Below, one piece after another: positions 50,900-60,020 of a stretch of DNA of 64,000 nt. The stretch lies in the NCBI GenBank assembly GCA_965601925.1, contig OZ271854.1, positions 3,936,001 through 4,000,000 on the forward strand. The letters are read 5' to 3'. Source of the stretch: Alkalispirochaeta sp. GTDB taxonomy: Bacteria > Spirochaetota > Spirochaetia > DSM-27196 > Alkalispirochaetaceae. Numbering within the stretch: the first letter of the stretch is position 1; every line of letters starts with the position of its first letter. Under the pieces are notes generated by a model, which worked only from the letters and a program-made list of their open reading frames with translations, made no database searches and had not been told where the DNA came from. The translations under genes and the position numbers were made by a program.

Positions 50900-51334
50900 A
50901 TGACAATGAGCATTGCGCTCCGGCGAGTGAACGCGGCGGCACATTTCGAGGCTACCAACGGGGACGGTAATACCGTTTCGATCGACGGCGCGGCGGCCGT
51001 CGGCGGCGAGAACCTCGGGTTCAGGCCGATGCAGTTGGCTCTTACCGCTCTTGCGTCGTGCGCAGGCATGGACGTTGCGCCGATTCTCGCTAAGCAACGC
51101 CAGCGGCTCAGGGATATGCGCGTGACGGCAACGGGAGAGCGAGGAGACGGCACGCCTTCACCCTTTACGGCGATACACCTCCATTTCGACCTGTACGGCG
51201 CATTGCGAGAGGCACCGGTCCGCAAGGCGCTCGATCTCGCGGTCCATAAATACTGTTCCGTCGGAGCGATGCTTGAAGGAGCCGTAGATATCACGTGGAC
51301 GGTGGATATCCACGGCGAGGAGGATGCTTCGTGA
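50900..51334 (+). CDS. OsmC family protein
   Basis: GFRPMQL..ALASCAGMD, KYCSV. Confidence 0.88.
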   Translation: MTMSIALRRVNAAAHFEATNGDGNTVSIDGAAAVGGENLGFRPMQLALTALASCAGMDVAPILAKQRQRLRDMRVTATGERGDGTPSPFTAIHLHFDLYGALREAPVRKALDLAVHKYCSVGAMLEGAVDITWTVDIHGEEDAS

Positions 51335-52557
51335 CTACACCGCACCGCGACGGCGATCACACCGCCGAAGGGCGATCGTTCGATATCGATACTGCCGGTT
51401 TCGACACCCGGGCGATTCGCACCCAGGCGCGTCGAAGCGCGCACCGGGAACACAGCGTACCGGTCTATCTCACTTCGAGTTTCGTCTTCGATTCGGCCGA
51501 ACAGGGTCGCGATCTTTTCGCCGGTCAGGAAGAGGGGCTGGTCTACTCGCGATACGGAAACCCCAGCGTGGACGAGTTCATCACCAAGCTGTGCCGCATG
51601 GAAGGCACCGAGGACGGTATCGCTACTGCAACCGGCATGGCGGCGATGTTCGCGTCTATCGCCGGGCTTGTGTCGGCCGGCGATCATGTGGTGTGCTCGA
51701 GGGCCGTATTCGGCTCGACGTCGCAGATTCTCACCAAATTACTTCCGCGATGGAACATTGAGACGACGTTCGTTCCGCCGGGAGAGACCGCGGCGTGGCG
51801 AGAGGCGATCCGGGACAACACGCGCCTTTTGTTCGCCGAGACGCCGTCCAACCCCGGTTTGGAGCTCATCGACATCGAGGCGGTGGCGAAGATTGCCCGT
51901 GACGCCGGAGCGCTGTTCGTCGTCGACAACTGTTTTGCGACACCGTGGCTGCAACAACCGGCGCGTTTGGGCGCCGATATCGTTACCCACTCGGCGACGA
52001 AGTTCATGGACGGCCAAGGTCGCGTTCTCGGCGGCGCGATTCTCGGCCCCGCCGGCATTATTGATGAGCTTCGTTTCTTCACGCGCCAAACGGGCCCCGC
52101 CCTCTCGCCGTTCAACGCTTGGGTCTTGTCCAAGAGTCTGGAGACGCTCTCGCTACGCGTCGATCGCCACTGCGAAAACGCCGAGACGATCGCCCGCCGG
52201 TTGGCGACCCACGAGGCGGTGGCGCGGGTTCGATATCCTTTTCTCGCGAGCCATCCGCAACACGAGCTGGCGCGCCGCCAGATGCGTCGCGGCGGAGGGC
52301 TCGTTACCATCGACGTTGTCGGCGACGAGGAGGCGGCGATGCGCTTCATCAATCGATTGCGCATGGTAAGTCGGTCGTCCAACCTCGGCGACTCGCGTAG
52401 CATCGCGACGCATCCGCGTACGACGACCCACGCCAAGTTGAGCGAGGACGAGCGGGTAGCGCTCGGCATCCTCCCGACGACGGTGCGCCTGGCGATCGGC
52501 CTCGAGGATGTTGCGGATATCCTCGCGGATGTCGAGAACGCCCTTTCGGCGGGGTAA
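51331..52557 (+). CDS. metZ: O-succinylhomoserine sulfhydrylase-like trans-sulfuration enzyme
   Basis: EHSVPVYLTSSFVF, YSRYGNP, HSATKFMDGQGRVLGG, NLGDSRS. Confidence 0.88.
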   Translation: MTTPHRDGDHTAEGRSFDIDTAGFDTRAIRTQARRSAHREHSVPVYLTSSFVFDSAEQGRDLFAGQEEGLVYSRYGNPSVDEFITKLCRMEGTEDGIATATGMAAMFASIAGLVSAGDHVVCSRAVFGSTSQILTKLLPRWNIETTFVPPGETAAWREAIRDNTRLLFAETPSNPGLELIDIEAVAKIARDAGALFVVDNCFATPWLQQPARLGADIVTHSATKFMDGQGRVLGGAILGPAGIIDELRFFTRQTGPALSPFNAWVLSKSLETLSLRVDRHCENAETIARRLATHEAVARVRYPFLASHPQHELARRQMRRGGGLVTIDVVGDEEAAMRFINRLRMVSRSSNLGDSRSIATHPRTTTHAKLSEDERVALGILPTTVRLAIGLEDVADILADVENALSAG

Positions 52558-52565
52558 ACAGAGCG

Positions 52566-52979
52566 GTGTTTTCCCTATCGGCAAAGGGTGTATACGGGGC
52601 CGCGGCGCTGGTAGAGCTCGCCGAACACTATCGGTCGGGTCCCATCCAAATCCGGGATATCGCATCGCGTAACGATATACCGCAGCACTATCTGGAGCAA
52701 ATTCTTTCGGGACTCAAACGCACCGGGCTCGTACGCAGCTATCGCGGAGCGCAGGGTGGATACGAGCTCACGCGGCACCCCGATACGATCCGCCTCTCCG
52801 AGCTTCTCTCGGAACTCGAAGGTCCGCTATCGGTAACACCGTCGGGCCAGTCGGCCGACAATCTCGCTTTTTTGTGGGGAGACTTGGAGCAACATATCGC
52901 CGCCTTTCTCAATCGGTCGTTGGGCGATGTCATGCGGGAGAAGGCGCGGAGAAATCAGGCCGTCGATTTCGTCATTTGA
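52566..52979 (+). CDS. Rrf2 family regulator (CymR-like, no Cys ligands)
   Basis: YLEQIL, SYRGAQGGYEL; protein contains no cysteine. Confidence 0.9.
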   Translation: MFSLSAKGVYGAAALVELAEHYRSGPIQIRDIASRNDIPQHYLEQILSGLKRTGLVRSYRGAQGGYELTRHPDTIRLSELLSELEGPLSVTPSGQSADNLAFLWGDLEQHIAAFLNRSLGDVMREKARRNQAVDFVI

Positions 52980-53076
52980 CCGCTCGAGGCCGGTTCGGTA
53001 CGCTTGCAATAGCGTACCAACTATGGATTGTGATCTTCTTCGCGTCCTTCGGGATGCGTTGAACAAGGAGGTTTCC

Positions 53077-54213
53077 ATGCGATGCAAAATGTATCTTTTG
53101 ACGATCGTTCTCACGGTCTCCGTCGTCGCCGTTGCGTTCGGCGCGGGCGAACGGGAGAGCGTGGACGACGGTATGATCCACGTAGCGCTCTCCGCGCCGA
53201 TTACCGGCGATTGGTCGGAGTACGGGGTCAACTTTCAACGGTCCGTCGAGATGGCTATCGAGAGGATTAATGCCGACGGCGGCGTCCTCGACGGACGAAC
53301 CTTTCGACTGTCGGTCGGCGATACGCGCGGTAACCCTCAGGAGGCGGCGACCCTCGCCCAGCGGTGGACCTCCGACGAGACGATTGTCGCGCAGATCGGC
53401 GCCTTCTCCTCCTCCAGTTCCATGGCGGCCCAGCCGATCTACGACGAGGCGGGTATGGTGCAGCTCTCTCCGACCGCCAGCCACGCCGATTATGCCGGAG
53501 GTTCTCCGTGGAGTTTCGGTATCGTCGGAACCCAGGCGGGCGAAGGACCCTTTAACGCCGCCTTTGCGTACAACGATCTCGGCCTTCGACGCGTCGCGGT
53601 GCTGCACCTCAATAACGACTGGGGTATCGACACTGCGAAGCACTTTTCGGATGCATTTGCCGCCTTCGGTGGTGAGGTCGTCGATACGGAGTTCTACTTT
53701 GACGGTGAGAGCGACTTTACCGCAGTACTGACGAAACTGCGTGATTCCGACGCCGACGGCGTCTTCATCGCATCGTTTTATAACGACGGCGCGGCGATCA
53801 ACATCCAGCGCGATCGTCTGGGGTGGGATGTCCCGGTTCTGGGGCCGACTTCGTTGTACTCGCCGCAGCTTATCGAGTTGGGTGGGCCCGCCGTGGAGGG
53901 ACTGTACACGGCAACCGGATTCTTTGCCGAGGATCCCCAGCCGGCGGTGAGCGAGTACGTCAATGGGTTCGCCGACCGGTACGGAGACGCGCCCAACTTC
54001 CACGCCGCCCTCGCCTACGATGCAATGATGCTCCTCGCCGATGCGATCGAGCGTGCCGGCTCTACCGATCGGCAGGCGATTCGCGACGCTCTTGCGACGA
54101 CCGCCGACTACCCGGGACTCGCAGGCTCCATCACCTTCACCGATCGGGGGGACGCGAACAAGGGATACAGTAAGCTTACCATTCAAGACGGCCGATTTGT
54201 GCCGTACGAATAA
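53077..54213 (+). CDS. Liv-type ABC substrate-binding protein
   Basis: APITGDWSEYG, INADGGV, QLSPTAS, AYDA; RBS AAGGAGG. Confidence 0.92.
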   Translation: MRCKMYLLTIVLTVSVVAVAFGAGERESVDDGMIHVALSAPITGDWSEYGVNFQRSVEMAIERINADGGVLDGRTFRLSVGDTRGNPQEAATLAQRWTSDETIVAQIGAFSSSSSMAAQPIYDEAGMVQLSPTASHADYAGGSPWSFGIVGTQAGEGPFNAAFAYNDLGLRRVAVLHLNNDWGIDTAKHFSDAFAAFGGEVVDTEFYFDGESDFTAVLTKLRDSDADGVFIASFYNDGAAINIQRDRLGWDVPVLGPTSLYSPQLIELGGPAVEGLYTATGFFAEDPQPAVSEYVNGFADRYGDAPNFHAALAYDAMMLLADAIERAGSTDRQAIRDALATTADYPGLAGSITFTDRGDANKGYSKLTIQDGRFVPYE

Positions 54214-54232
54214 CGCGTCCGACTCGCTATTC

Positions 54233-54261
54233 GGTTCGGCCCACCGCTTGTGGGCCGAACC
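54233..54261 (+). terminator. intercistronic hairpin after the Liv SBP gene
   Basis: 12-bp stem GGTTCGGCCCAC/GTGGGCCGAACC. Confidence 0.55.
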
Positions 54262-54287
54262 AACGCTCGACCTCGCCGGAGGATCCC

Positions 54288-55151
54288 ATGGTTTTGCAAC
54301 AGCTGGTCAACGGGTTGACACAGGGGAGTCTGTTTGCCCTGCTTGCCATATCGTTCTCAATCGTCTACGGAACGCTGCGCCTGGTAAACTTTGCTACCGG
54401 TTCCATTTATATGATCGGCGCCTTCGCCGGTTGGCTCGTTGTCCGTTACGTGACGGCGAACTTGTTCCTTGCGCTCCTCGCGGGAGCGGCGGCGGGGTTC
54501 GTTACCGGATTCGTCCTCGAGCGCTTTGCATTTCGCGCCCTGCGCGGCGTGGCGCGTATCGCATCGTTGATCTGTACGATCGGGTTTTCGTGGTTTCTCA
54601 ACGAGTTGATGTCGGTACTCTTCGGGGCGGAGCGGAAATCGATGCCGCCGTTCTATTCGGAGACGGCGTTCGCCGTCGCGGGCGTGAACATATCGTGGCT
54701 GCAAATCATTCTTATCGTCGTCGTCGCCGTGATTCTCATCGCACTCCAGATATTCATCTTCAAGACCAAGATCGGTCTCGCCATTCGAGCCGTCTCGCTC
54801 GATTTTAAGACGGCGGGTCTCATGGGAATACCGATCGATCGAGTGATATCGCTCACTTTTTCGCTGGCCGGCGCCATGGCCGGAATTGCGGGCGTGCTCG
54901 CAAGCGCGTATTACAACGCCGTGTTCCCTTTTATGGGGAACATTGCGGGACTCAAGTCGTTTTCGGCGGCGGTATTCGGAGGTCTTACCTCAATACCGGG
55001 CGCGATTCTTGGAGGGTATCTCTTAGGCCTGGTAGAAAACTTCGGCGTCCAGATCATTTCGGCGGGGTATCGCGACATCATCGGATTCGCCATTATGGTG
55101 CTCTTCCTCCTCGCGCGCCCGCGCGGGCTTTTGGGTCGAAAAAACGCGTGA
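54288..55151 (+). CDS. Liv-type ABC permease (LivH-like)
   Basis: QQLVNGL, VNFA, GLAIRAVS. Confidence 0.92.
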   Translation: MVLQQLVNGLTQGSLFALLAISFSIVYGTLRLVNFATGSIYMIGAFAGWLVVRYVTANLFLALLAGAAAGFVTGFVLERFAFRALRGVARIASLICTIGFSWFLNELMSVLFGAERKSMPPFYSETAFAVAGVNISWLQIILIVVVAVILIALQIFIFKTKIGLAIRAVSLDFKTAGLMGIPIDRVISLTFSLAGAMAGIAGVLASAYYNAVFPFMGNIAGLKSFSAAVFGGLTSIPGAILGGYLLGLVENFGVQIISAGYRDIIGFAIMVLFLLARPRGLLGRKNA

Positions 55152-56167
55152 GGAACGGTATGGGTTATAGCGTCCGTCTGCGGGAGCTCGTCACGCGTCA
55201 CAAACGGTCGGCGGCCGGACTCCTCTTCATCGCGTTGATCGCCCTCCCGTTCGTTCTCGGCAACGCATACTACGTGCGGGTCGCGACGATCGTCGGCATC
55301 TACGTCATACTCGCCTCGAGTCTCAACATCGTCATCGGTTTCACGGGAATGTTCTCTCTGGGACACGCGGCGTTCTACGGCATCGGCGCCTATACCTCCG
55401 CCATGCTCACCACTATGGCGGGTTGGCCCTTCTGGGCGGCACTACCGGCGTCGGGTCTCGTCGCGGGCCTTTTCGGAACCCTCATCGGCCTTGCGACTCT
55501 CAGGCTGCGCGCCGTGTTTCTCGCCTTTACCACGTTGGGATTCGGAGAGATTACGCGCATTGTAATTCTCAACTGGCGTTCCTTCACGCGAGGCCCTCTC
55601 GGCATCGCGGGCGTGCCGATCCCGTCGATTTTCGGGTGGACCCTCGACCGGAACGGGTACTACTACCTCGTGGTCGTGCTGGCGAGCCTCACCGTTCTGG
55701 TCGTACGGCGAATGTACCACTCGCGGGTCGGTCGAGCGCTGGTAGCCGTTCGAGAAGACGAGACGGCGGCCAAGAGCATGGGGGTGTCGGTCTTTGGATA
55801 CAAGGTGTTGGCATTTACCGTCGCGTGCGCCTTCGCCGGTATCGCGGGATCGTTTTTTGCCCACTTTCAACGGTTTGTCAGCGCCGACTCGTTTGCCAAC
55901 CTCGAGTCGTTTGCGATCATCACGATGGTGGCCCTCGGCGGCACCGGATCGATCGTCGGCCCTATCCTCGGCGCCCTCATCCTCGTGGTCATTCCCGAGA
56001 TGTTTCGCTTTCTTTACCAATATCGCGGTGTGATCTACGGATTGGTGCTTATCCTGGTAATCGTACTCAAACCGGGAGGCCTCGCCGGCGTCAAAGGAGT
56101 CTTCGAGAAGCCCACGATGCCCAAGCGCCCCCGCGCGGTACGTTTCGAGCGTGGGGGGCGACGATAA
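55148..56167 (+). CDS. Liv-type ABC permease (LivM-like)
   Basis: SLGHAAFYGIGAY, GRALVAVREDE. Confidence 0.92.
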   Translation: MRNGMGYSVRLRELVTRHKRSAAGLLFIALIALPFVLGNAYYVRVATIVGIYVILASSLNIVIGFTGMFSLGHAAFYGIGAYTSAMLTTMAGWPFWAALPASGLVAGLFGTLIGLATLRLRAVFLAFTTLGFGEITRIVILNWRSFTRGPLGIAGVPIPSIFGWTLDRNGYYYLVVVLASLTVLVVRRMYHSRVGRALVAVREDETAAKSMGVSVFGYKVLAFTVACAFAGIAGSFFAHFQRFVSADSFANLESFAIITMVALGGTGSIVGPILGALILVVIPEMFRFLYQYRGVIYGLVLILVIVLKPGGLAGVKGVFEKPTMPKRPRAVRFERGGRR

Positions 56168-56934
56168 TGCTGCGAGTTGCGGGTCTCCGTAAGGCGTTCG
56201 GCGGACTGGTCGCCGTGAACGATATCGACCTATCGGTCGAGCGCGGTGCGATCCACGCCGTTATCGGACCCAACGGCGCGGGAAAGACGACCTTCTTTGA
56301 TGCATTGACCGCTCTCATCCCTCCCGACGCCGGAGAGATCACCTTCGACGGCCGGCGCATCGACGGGCTCAAGACGCACCACATCGCATTACGGGGAATC
56401 GGAAGAACGTTCCAGAACATTCGTCTCTTTCCGTATCTCTCGGTGTTGGAAAATGTCAAAGTCGGTGCGCATATCCTCGCCCGTCATACCCTCTTCGATG
56501 CGGTCATCCGGAGCCGACGATTTCTCCGTGAAGAGCGCGAGATCGACGAGTTTGCCATGGCGCTCCTTGATCGCGTCGGGCTTGCCGACAAGCGCGACGC
56601 GTATGCACGCAATCTCCCGTACGGAGAGCAGCGCAAACTGGAAATCTCACGCGCTCTGGCCGGCCGGCCGAAGCTCCTGCTCCTTGACGAGCCCGCGGCG
56701 GGAATGAACAACGCCGAGACGGCCGCCCTGGACGAGTTTATCCGCTCACTCAAAGCCGAGGGGTATACTATTCTCTTGATCGAACACGATATGAAACTCG
56801 TCATGAGTATCGCCGATCGTATTACCGTCATCGACCACGGCGAGAAGATCAGCGAAGGCGCCGCCCGGGAAGTTCAGACCGACGAACGGGTGATTGAGGC
56901 GTATCTGGGACGACATACGGGAGCATCGATATGA
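56167..56934 (+). CDS. Liv-type ABC ATPase (LivG-like)
   Basis: GPNGAGKTT, RTFQNIRLF, LPYG, LDEPAAG; TAATG overlap. Confidence 0.93.
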   Translation: MLRVAGLRKAFGGLVAVNDIDLSVERGAIHAVIGPNGAGKTTFFDALTALIPPDAGEITFDGRRIDGLKTHHIALRGIGRTFQNIRLFPYLSVLENVKVGAHILARHTLFDAVIRSRRFLREEREIDEFAMALLDRVGLADKRDAYARNLPYGEQRKLEISRALAGRPKLLLLDEPAAGMNNAETAALDEFIRSLKAEGYTILLIEHDMKLVMSIADRITVIDHGEKISEGAAREVQTDERVIEAYLGRHTGASI

Positions 56935-57644
56935 GTCTCCTCGAGGTACACGAACTGAGTGTCTTCTACGGTCGGATTCACGCGTTGCGCGGCGTGTCGT
57001 TCACCCTTGAGGAGGGAGAACTCGTTGCGCTGATCGGTGCGAACGGTGCCGGAAAGACGACGCTGTTGAACACCATCTCCGGGGTCGTACCCGGGACCGA
57101 CGGAAGTGTCCTCATCGGCGGCCGGGAGATCCTCAACGAGCACTCCCACATCATTACACGCCTCGGCGTAGCCCACGCTCCCGAGGGGCGACACATCTTT
57201 TCCGAGCTCACCGTAGAGGAGAATCTCACTATCGGTGCCTACATTCTTCGGGATCGACGGCGCATTCCCGAGCTCATCGCGCGTAATTATGAACTCTTTC
57301 CCCGCCTCGCGGAGCGCCGGCGCCAGGAGGGCGGGTCGCTTTCCGGCGGGGAACAACAGATGCTCGCGATCGCCCGCGGACTGATGAGCGATCCGACGGT
57401 GCTGTTGCTCGACGAGCCGAGCTTGGGACTCGCGCCGATCCTCGTGGAGCGTATCTTCGAGATGATCACCGAAATCAATGCGGCCGGAGTCTCGGTACTC
57501 TTGGTGGAGCAGAACGCCAACGTGGCGCTGCAAGTCGCCACGCGCGGCTACGTTCTGGAGACGGGAGCCGTCACGATGCAGGACGACGCGCCGGCGCTTT
57601 TGCGCAATCCCGAGGTGCGCAAAGCGTACTTGGGTATCGCATAA
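56931..57644 (+). CDS. Liv-type ABC ATPase (LivF-like)
   Basis: GANGAGKTT, LSGGEQQML, LDEPSLGLAP. Confidence 0.93.
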   Translation: MSLLEVHELSVFYGRIHALRGVSFTLEEGELVALIGANGAGKTTLLNTISGVVPGTDGSVLIGGREILNEHSHIITRLGVAHAPEGRHIFSELTVEENLTIGAYILRDRRRIPELIARNYELFPRLAERRRQEGGSLSGGEQQMLAIARGLMSDPTVLLLDEPSLGLAPILVERIFEMITEINAAGVSVLLVEQNANVALQVATRGYVLETGAVTMQDDAPALLRNPEVRKAYLGIA

Positions 57645-57680
57645 GGAACGCTGCGGGCATACCGTAACAAGGAGGGATCG

Positions 57681-58616
57681 ATGAACAAGATTGAACGGGT
57701 TGAAGCGAGTCTTGCAGGGCGGGAGTTCGACCGTCCGCCGGTATCGTTTTGGTACCACTTCGGAACGCAGCACGAGGGCGGCGAACGTATCGCGGAGCTG
57801 GAACTCGAGTTTTTTCGCTACTACGATTTGGACTACCTCAAGTTGATGAACGATTACTACTATCCGATGCCCGAGGGGACGATCGGTCTGAAGACGAAGG
57901 ACGATCTGCGTCTCATAAAACCCTTCGACGTATGGAAGAGTCCGTGGAAGGAGCAGTTGAAGGCGATAGAAATCGTGGCGCGCGAGCTCGAGGGCGAGGC
58001 GTACTTCATCGACACGGTCTTTGATCCGTGGCAGGTATTGGTACGCAATCTGGTCGGCGAACACTTGATGCCGTTGATCGAGGCGGTACCCGAGGCGGTG
58101 TTGGAGGCGCTCGACGTGGTAACGGAGAACGTGATCGCCTACTGTAAAGCGGCCATTACCGCCGGGTCCGCCGGCGTCTTTCTCTCAACCTTCAGCGCCG
58201 GCACCCAATTAGCAAAAGATACGTACATGACCTTCGCGTACCCGTTTGTCGAACGAATCTTCAAAGCGATAGCGCCTATGGGCATCATGAATACGGCGCA
58301 TCTTCACGATTATGGGATTTTCGTCGACGAGATGGTGCAACTACCGGCCGACATCATCTCCTACGAGGACACCGATGCGTGTAACCCGTCGATTACCGAG
58401 ATGCGCGCCGTGTGGGACGGGAGCATCATGGCCGGTATGGATAAAAATCTCATCACCCGCGTTACACCCGAACGAGCGCGGCAGAATGCCCTCGACGGTA
58501 TCAAAAACGGCGGGTCGACGAAGTTCTTCCTCGCTCCGGGATGCAGCTTTCCGACGTGGTTTTCGCCGCAGGCCGGGAGACTCATCGTCGATGCGGTGAA
58601 GGCGTCGGCTCGGTAA
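57681..58616 (+). CDS. uroporphyrinogen decarboxylase (URO-D/MtaA-like) family protein
   Basis: ERVEASLAG..DRPPVSFWYHF, LAPGCSFP; lacks the HemE WxMRQAGR motif. Confidence 0.8.
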   Translation: MNKIERVEASLAGREFDRPPVSFWYHFGTQHEGGERIAELELEFFRYYDLDYLKLMNDYYYPMPEGTIGLKTKDDLRLIKPFDVWKSPWKEQLKAIEIVARELEGEAYFIDTVFDPWQVLVRNLVGEHLMPLIEAVPEAVLEALDVVTENVIAYCKAAITAGSAGVFLSTFSAGTQLAKDTYMTFAYPFVERIFKAIAPMGIMNTAHLHDYGIFVDEMVQLPADIISYEDTDACNPSITEMRAVWDGSIMAGMDKNLITRVTPERARQNALDGIKNGGSTKFFLAPGCSFPTWFSPQAGRLIVDAVKASAR

Positions 58617-58680
58617 GGTGTATCGGCCCCGGAACGAAAGCGTATTGTAGCGGACGCGGGCAGCGGTCCCGGAGGCATCG

Positions 58681-59220
58681 ATGAACTTGTACCTATGCGG
58701 AATGATCGGGTCCGGCAAGACGACGCTCGGTCGGGAGCTGAGCGGACGATTCGACAGCCCCTTTCTGGACCTCGATGGAGAGATGGATCGCCGCCTCGGA
58801 TACTCGTTTCACCGTTTGGTGCGCGAACGGGGCTGGCTTCCCTTCCGCGAGTTGGAGTACTCAATCTGTAAGGCCTTTTCAGAGGTGCGCGGCGCCGTCG
58901 TCTGTCTCGGAGGCGGTACCGTGCGTTACGAATGGAATCGCGATGTCCTCTCCGGGACGGGCGTTATGGTATTGCTGGAGGCCGGCGAGGATACGCTTAT
59001 CGAGCGCGTACGCGCCGCCGATCGACCGCGGGTTAATCCGGGGACCGATATAGCCGGCGATATTCGCCGCATGTGGGCGGAACATCGCGAAACGTACCGC
59101 GCCGCCGCGGATGTAATCTACCGCACCGACGAGAAGAGTATTCGCGAAGAGGTGCGTGAGTTGGAGATGCTTATTCGTGACGATCGGCGTTTTGCATCCT
59201 TGTGGGGACACCTCGTATGA
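58681..59220 (+). CDS. shikimate kinase-like protein
   Basis: GMIGSGKTT, DLD, FRELE, LGGG, RP. Confidence 0.85.
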   Translation: MNLYLCGMIGSGKTTLGRELSGRFDSPFLDLDGEMDRRLGYSFHRLVRERGWLPFRELEYSICKAFSEVRGAVVCLGGGTVRYEWNRDVLSGTGVMVLLEAGEDTLIERVRAADRPRVNPGTDIAGDIRRMWAEHRETYRAAADVIYRTDEKSIREEVRELEMLIRDDRRFASLWGHLV

Positions 59221-59258
59221 GTAATGGAGTAAGACGCACCTCGGTGCACCGCACCAAG

Positions 59259-59331
59259 GAACCAAAAGGGTTCTCAGCGTCTGATAAGAACGAAATCGGT
59301 TCCCGTTAATACATAGGAACAAAAATGGTTC
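59259..59331. repeat. three GAAC-N7-GTTC palindromes at 29-bp period
   Basis: 59259-59273, 59288-59302, 59317-59331. Confidence 0.9.
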
Positions 59332-59334
59332 CTG

Positions 59335-59363
59335 TTGAGCGATGACGTATCGCGTGATACGGT
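59335..59363 (+). promoter_or_regulatory. candidate sigma70 promoter of satD (leaderless)
   Basis: TTGAGC-17 nt-TACGGT with extended TG; GTG 6 nt later. Confidence 0.5.
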
Positions 59364-59369
59364 ATAGTA

Positions 59370-60020
59370 GTGAATGTAGTGGCGGTTATCGCAGACATCG
59401 TAAGTTCTCGCGATATCGTAGACAGAAGAGAATTCCAAAAGACGCTCAAATCGCACCTTCACGCGGTCAGCGAACGCGCCGGTGCATCGCTTCTCTCTCC
59501 GTACACCCTTACACTGGGAGACGAGTTCCAAGCAGTATACGGAGACTTCGATACGATATTCATCGATATCGTCACGATCATCGCAGCCCTATTCCCCGTA
59601 CGGTTGCGATTCGCCCTCGCTATCGGACCGCTCTCCACCGAGATCAACCGCGACGCGGCGCTCGAGATGGACGGACCGGCGTTTCATGATGCGCGCGCGT
59701 TGATGGAGGCCCTCAAACCGCAGGACCAGACGGTCATACGCATCGCGGCGGCCGATGTCACGCCCATCGATCTCATCAACGGATGTCTTAGGCTCCTATC
59801 GAATGCACTGGGAGCGTGGCGCGAGAACACCATTCGGCTGTTTCACGGGCTATTGACGGACGAATCGGTCGATACGTTGACACGGCGTGTGGGAATTTCC
59901 CGCCGCGGAGTCAACAAACACATCGCTTCGCACCACCTCCACGATTATGTAGACATAGTGCGGACGATACGGACCGAGTTGGAGCGGTACAACGTAGTGG
60001 GCATCGGGCGGACGGGATGA
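59370..60020 (+). CDS. SatD family protein with C-terminal HTH
   Basis: IADIVSSR, TLGDEFQ, MDGPAFHDAR; C-terminal VGISRRGVNKH. Confidence 0.85.
   Translation: MNVVAVIADIVSSRDIVDRREFQKTLKSHLHAVSERAGASLLSPYTLTLGDEFQAVYGDFDTIFIDIVTIIAALFPVRLRFALAIGPLSTEINRDAALEMDGPAFHDARALMEALKPQDQTVIRIAAADVTPIDLINGCLRLLSNALGAWRENTIRLFHGLLTDESVDTLTRRVGISRRGVNKHIASHHLHDYVDIVRTIRTELERYNVVGIGRTG

Noticed and set aside
52985..53020. sigma54 promoter before the Liv operon
   Set aside because: GG-to-GC spacing is not 10 nt; only an inverted repeat is present
10267..54186. Long antisense ORFs such as 10267-11676, 27251-28288, 30801-32033 and 52972-54186
   Set aside because: Shadow ORFs opposite well-supported genes, expected at high GC; no motifs
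59255..59345. CRISPR mini-array
   Set aside because: Period is only 29 bp, the conserved core is 4+4 nt with ~14-nt linkers, and there are no cas genes in the window; kept as an operator-like array
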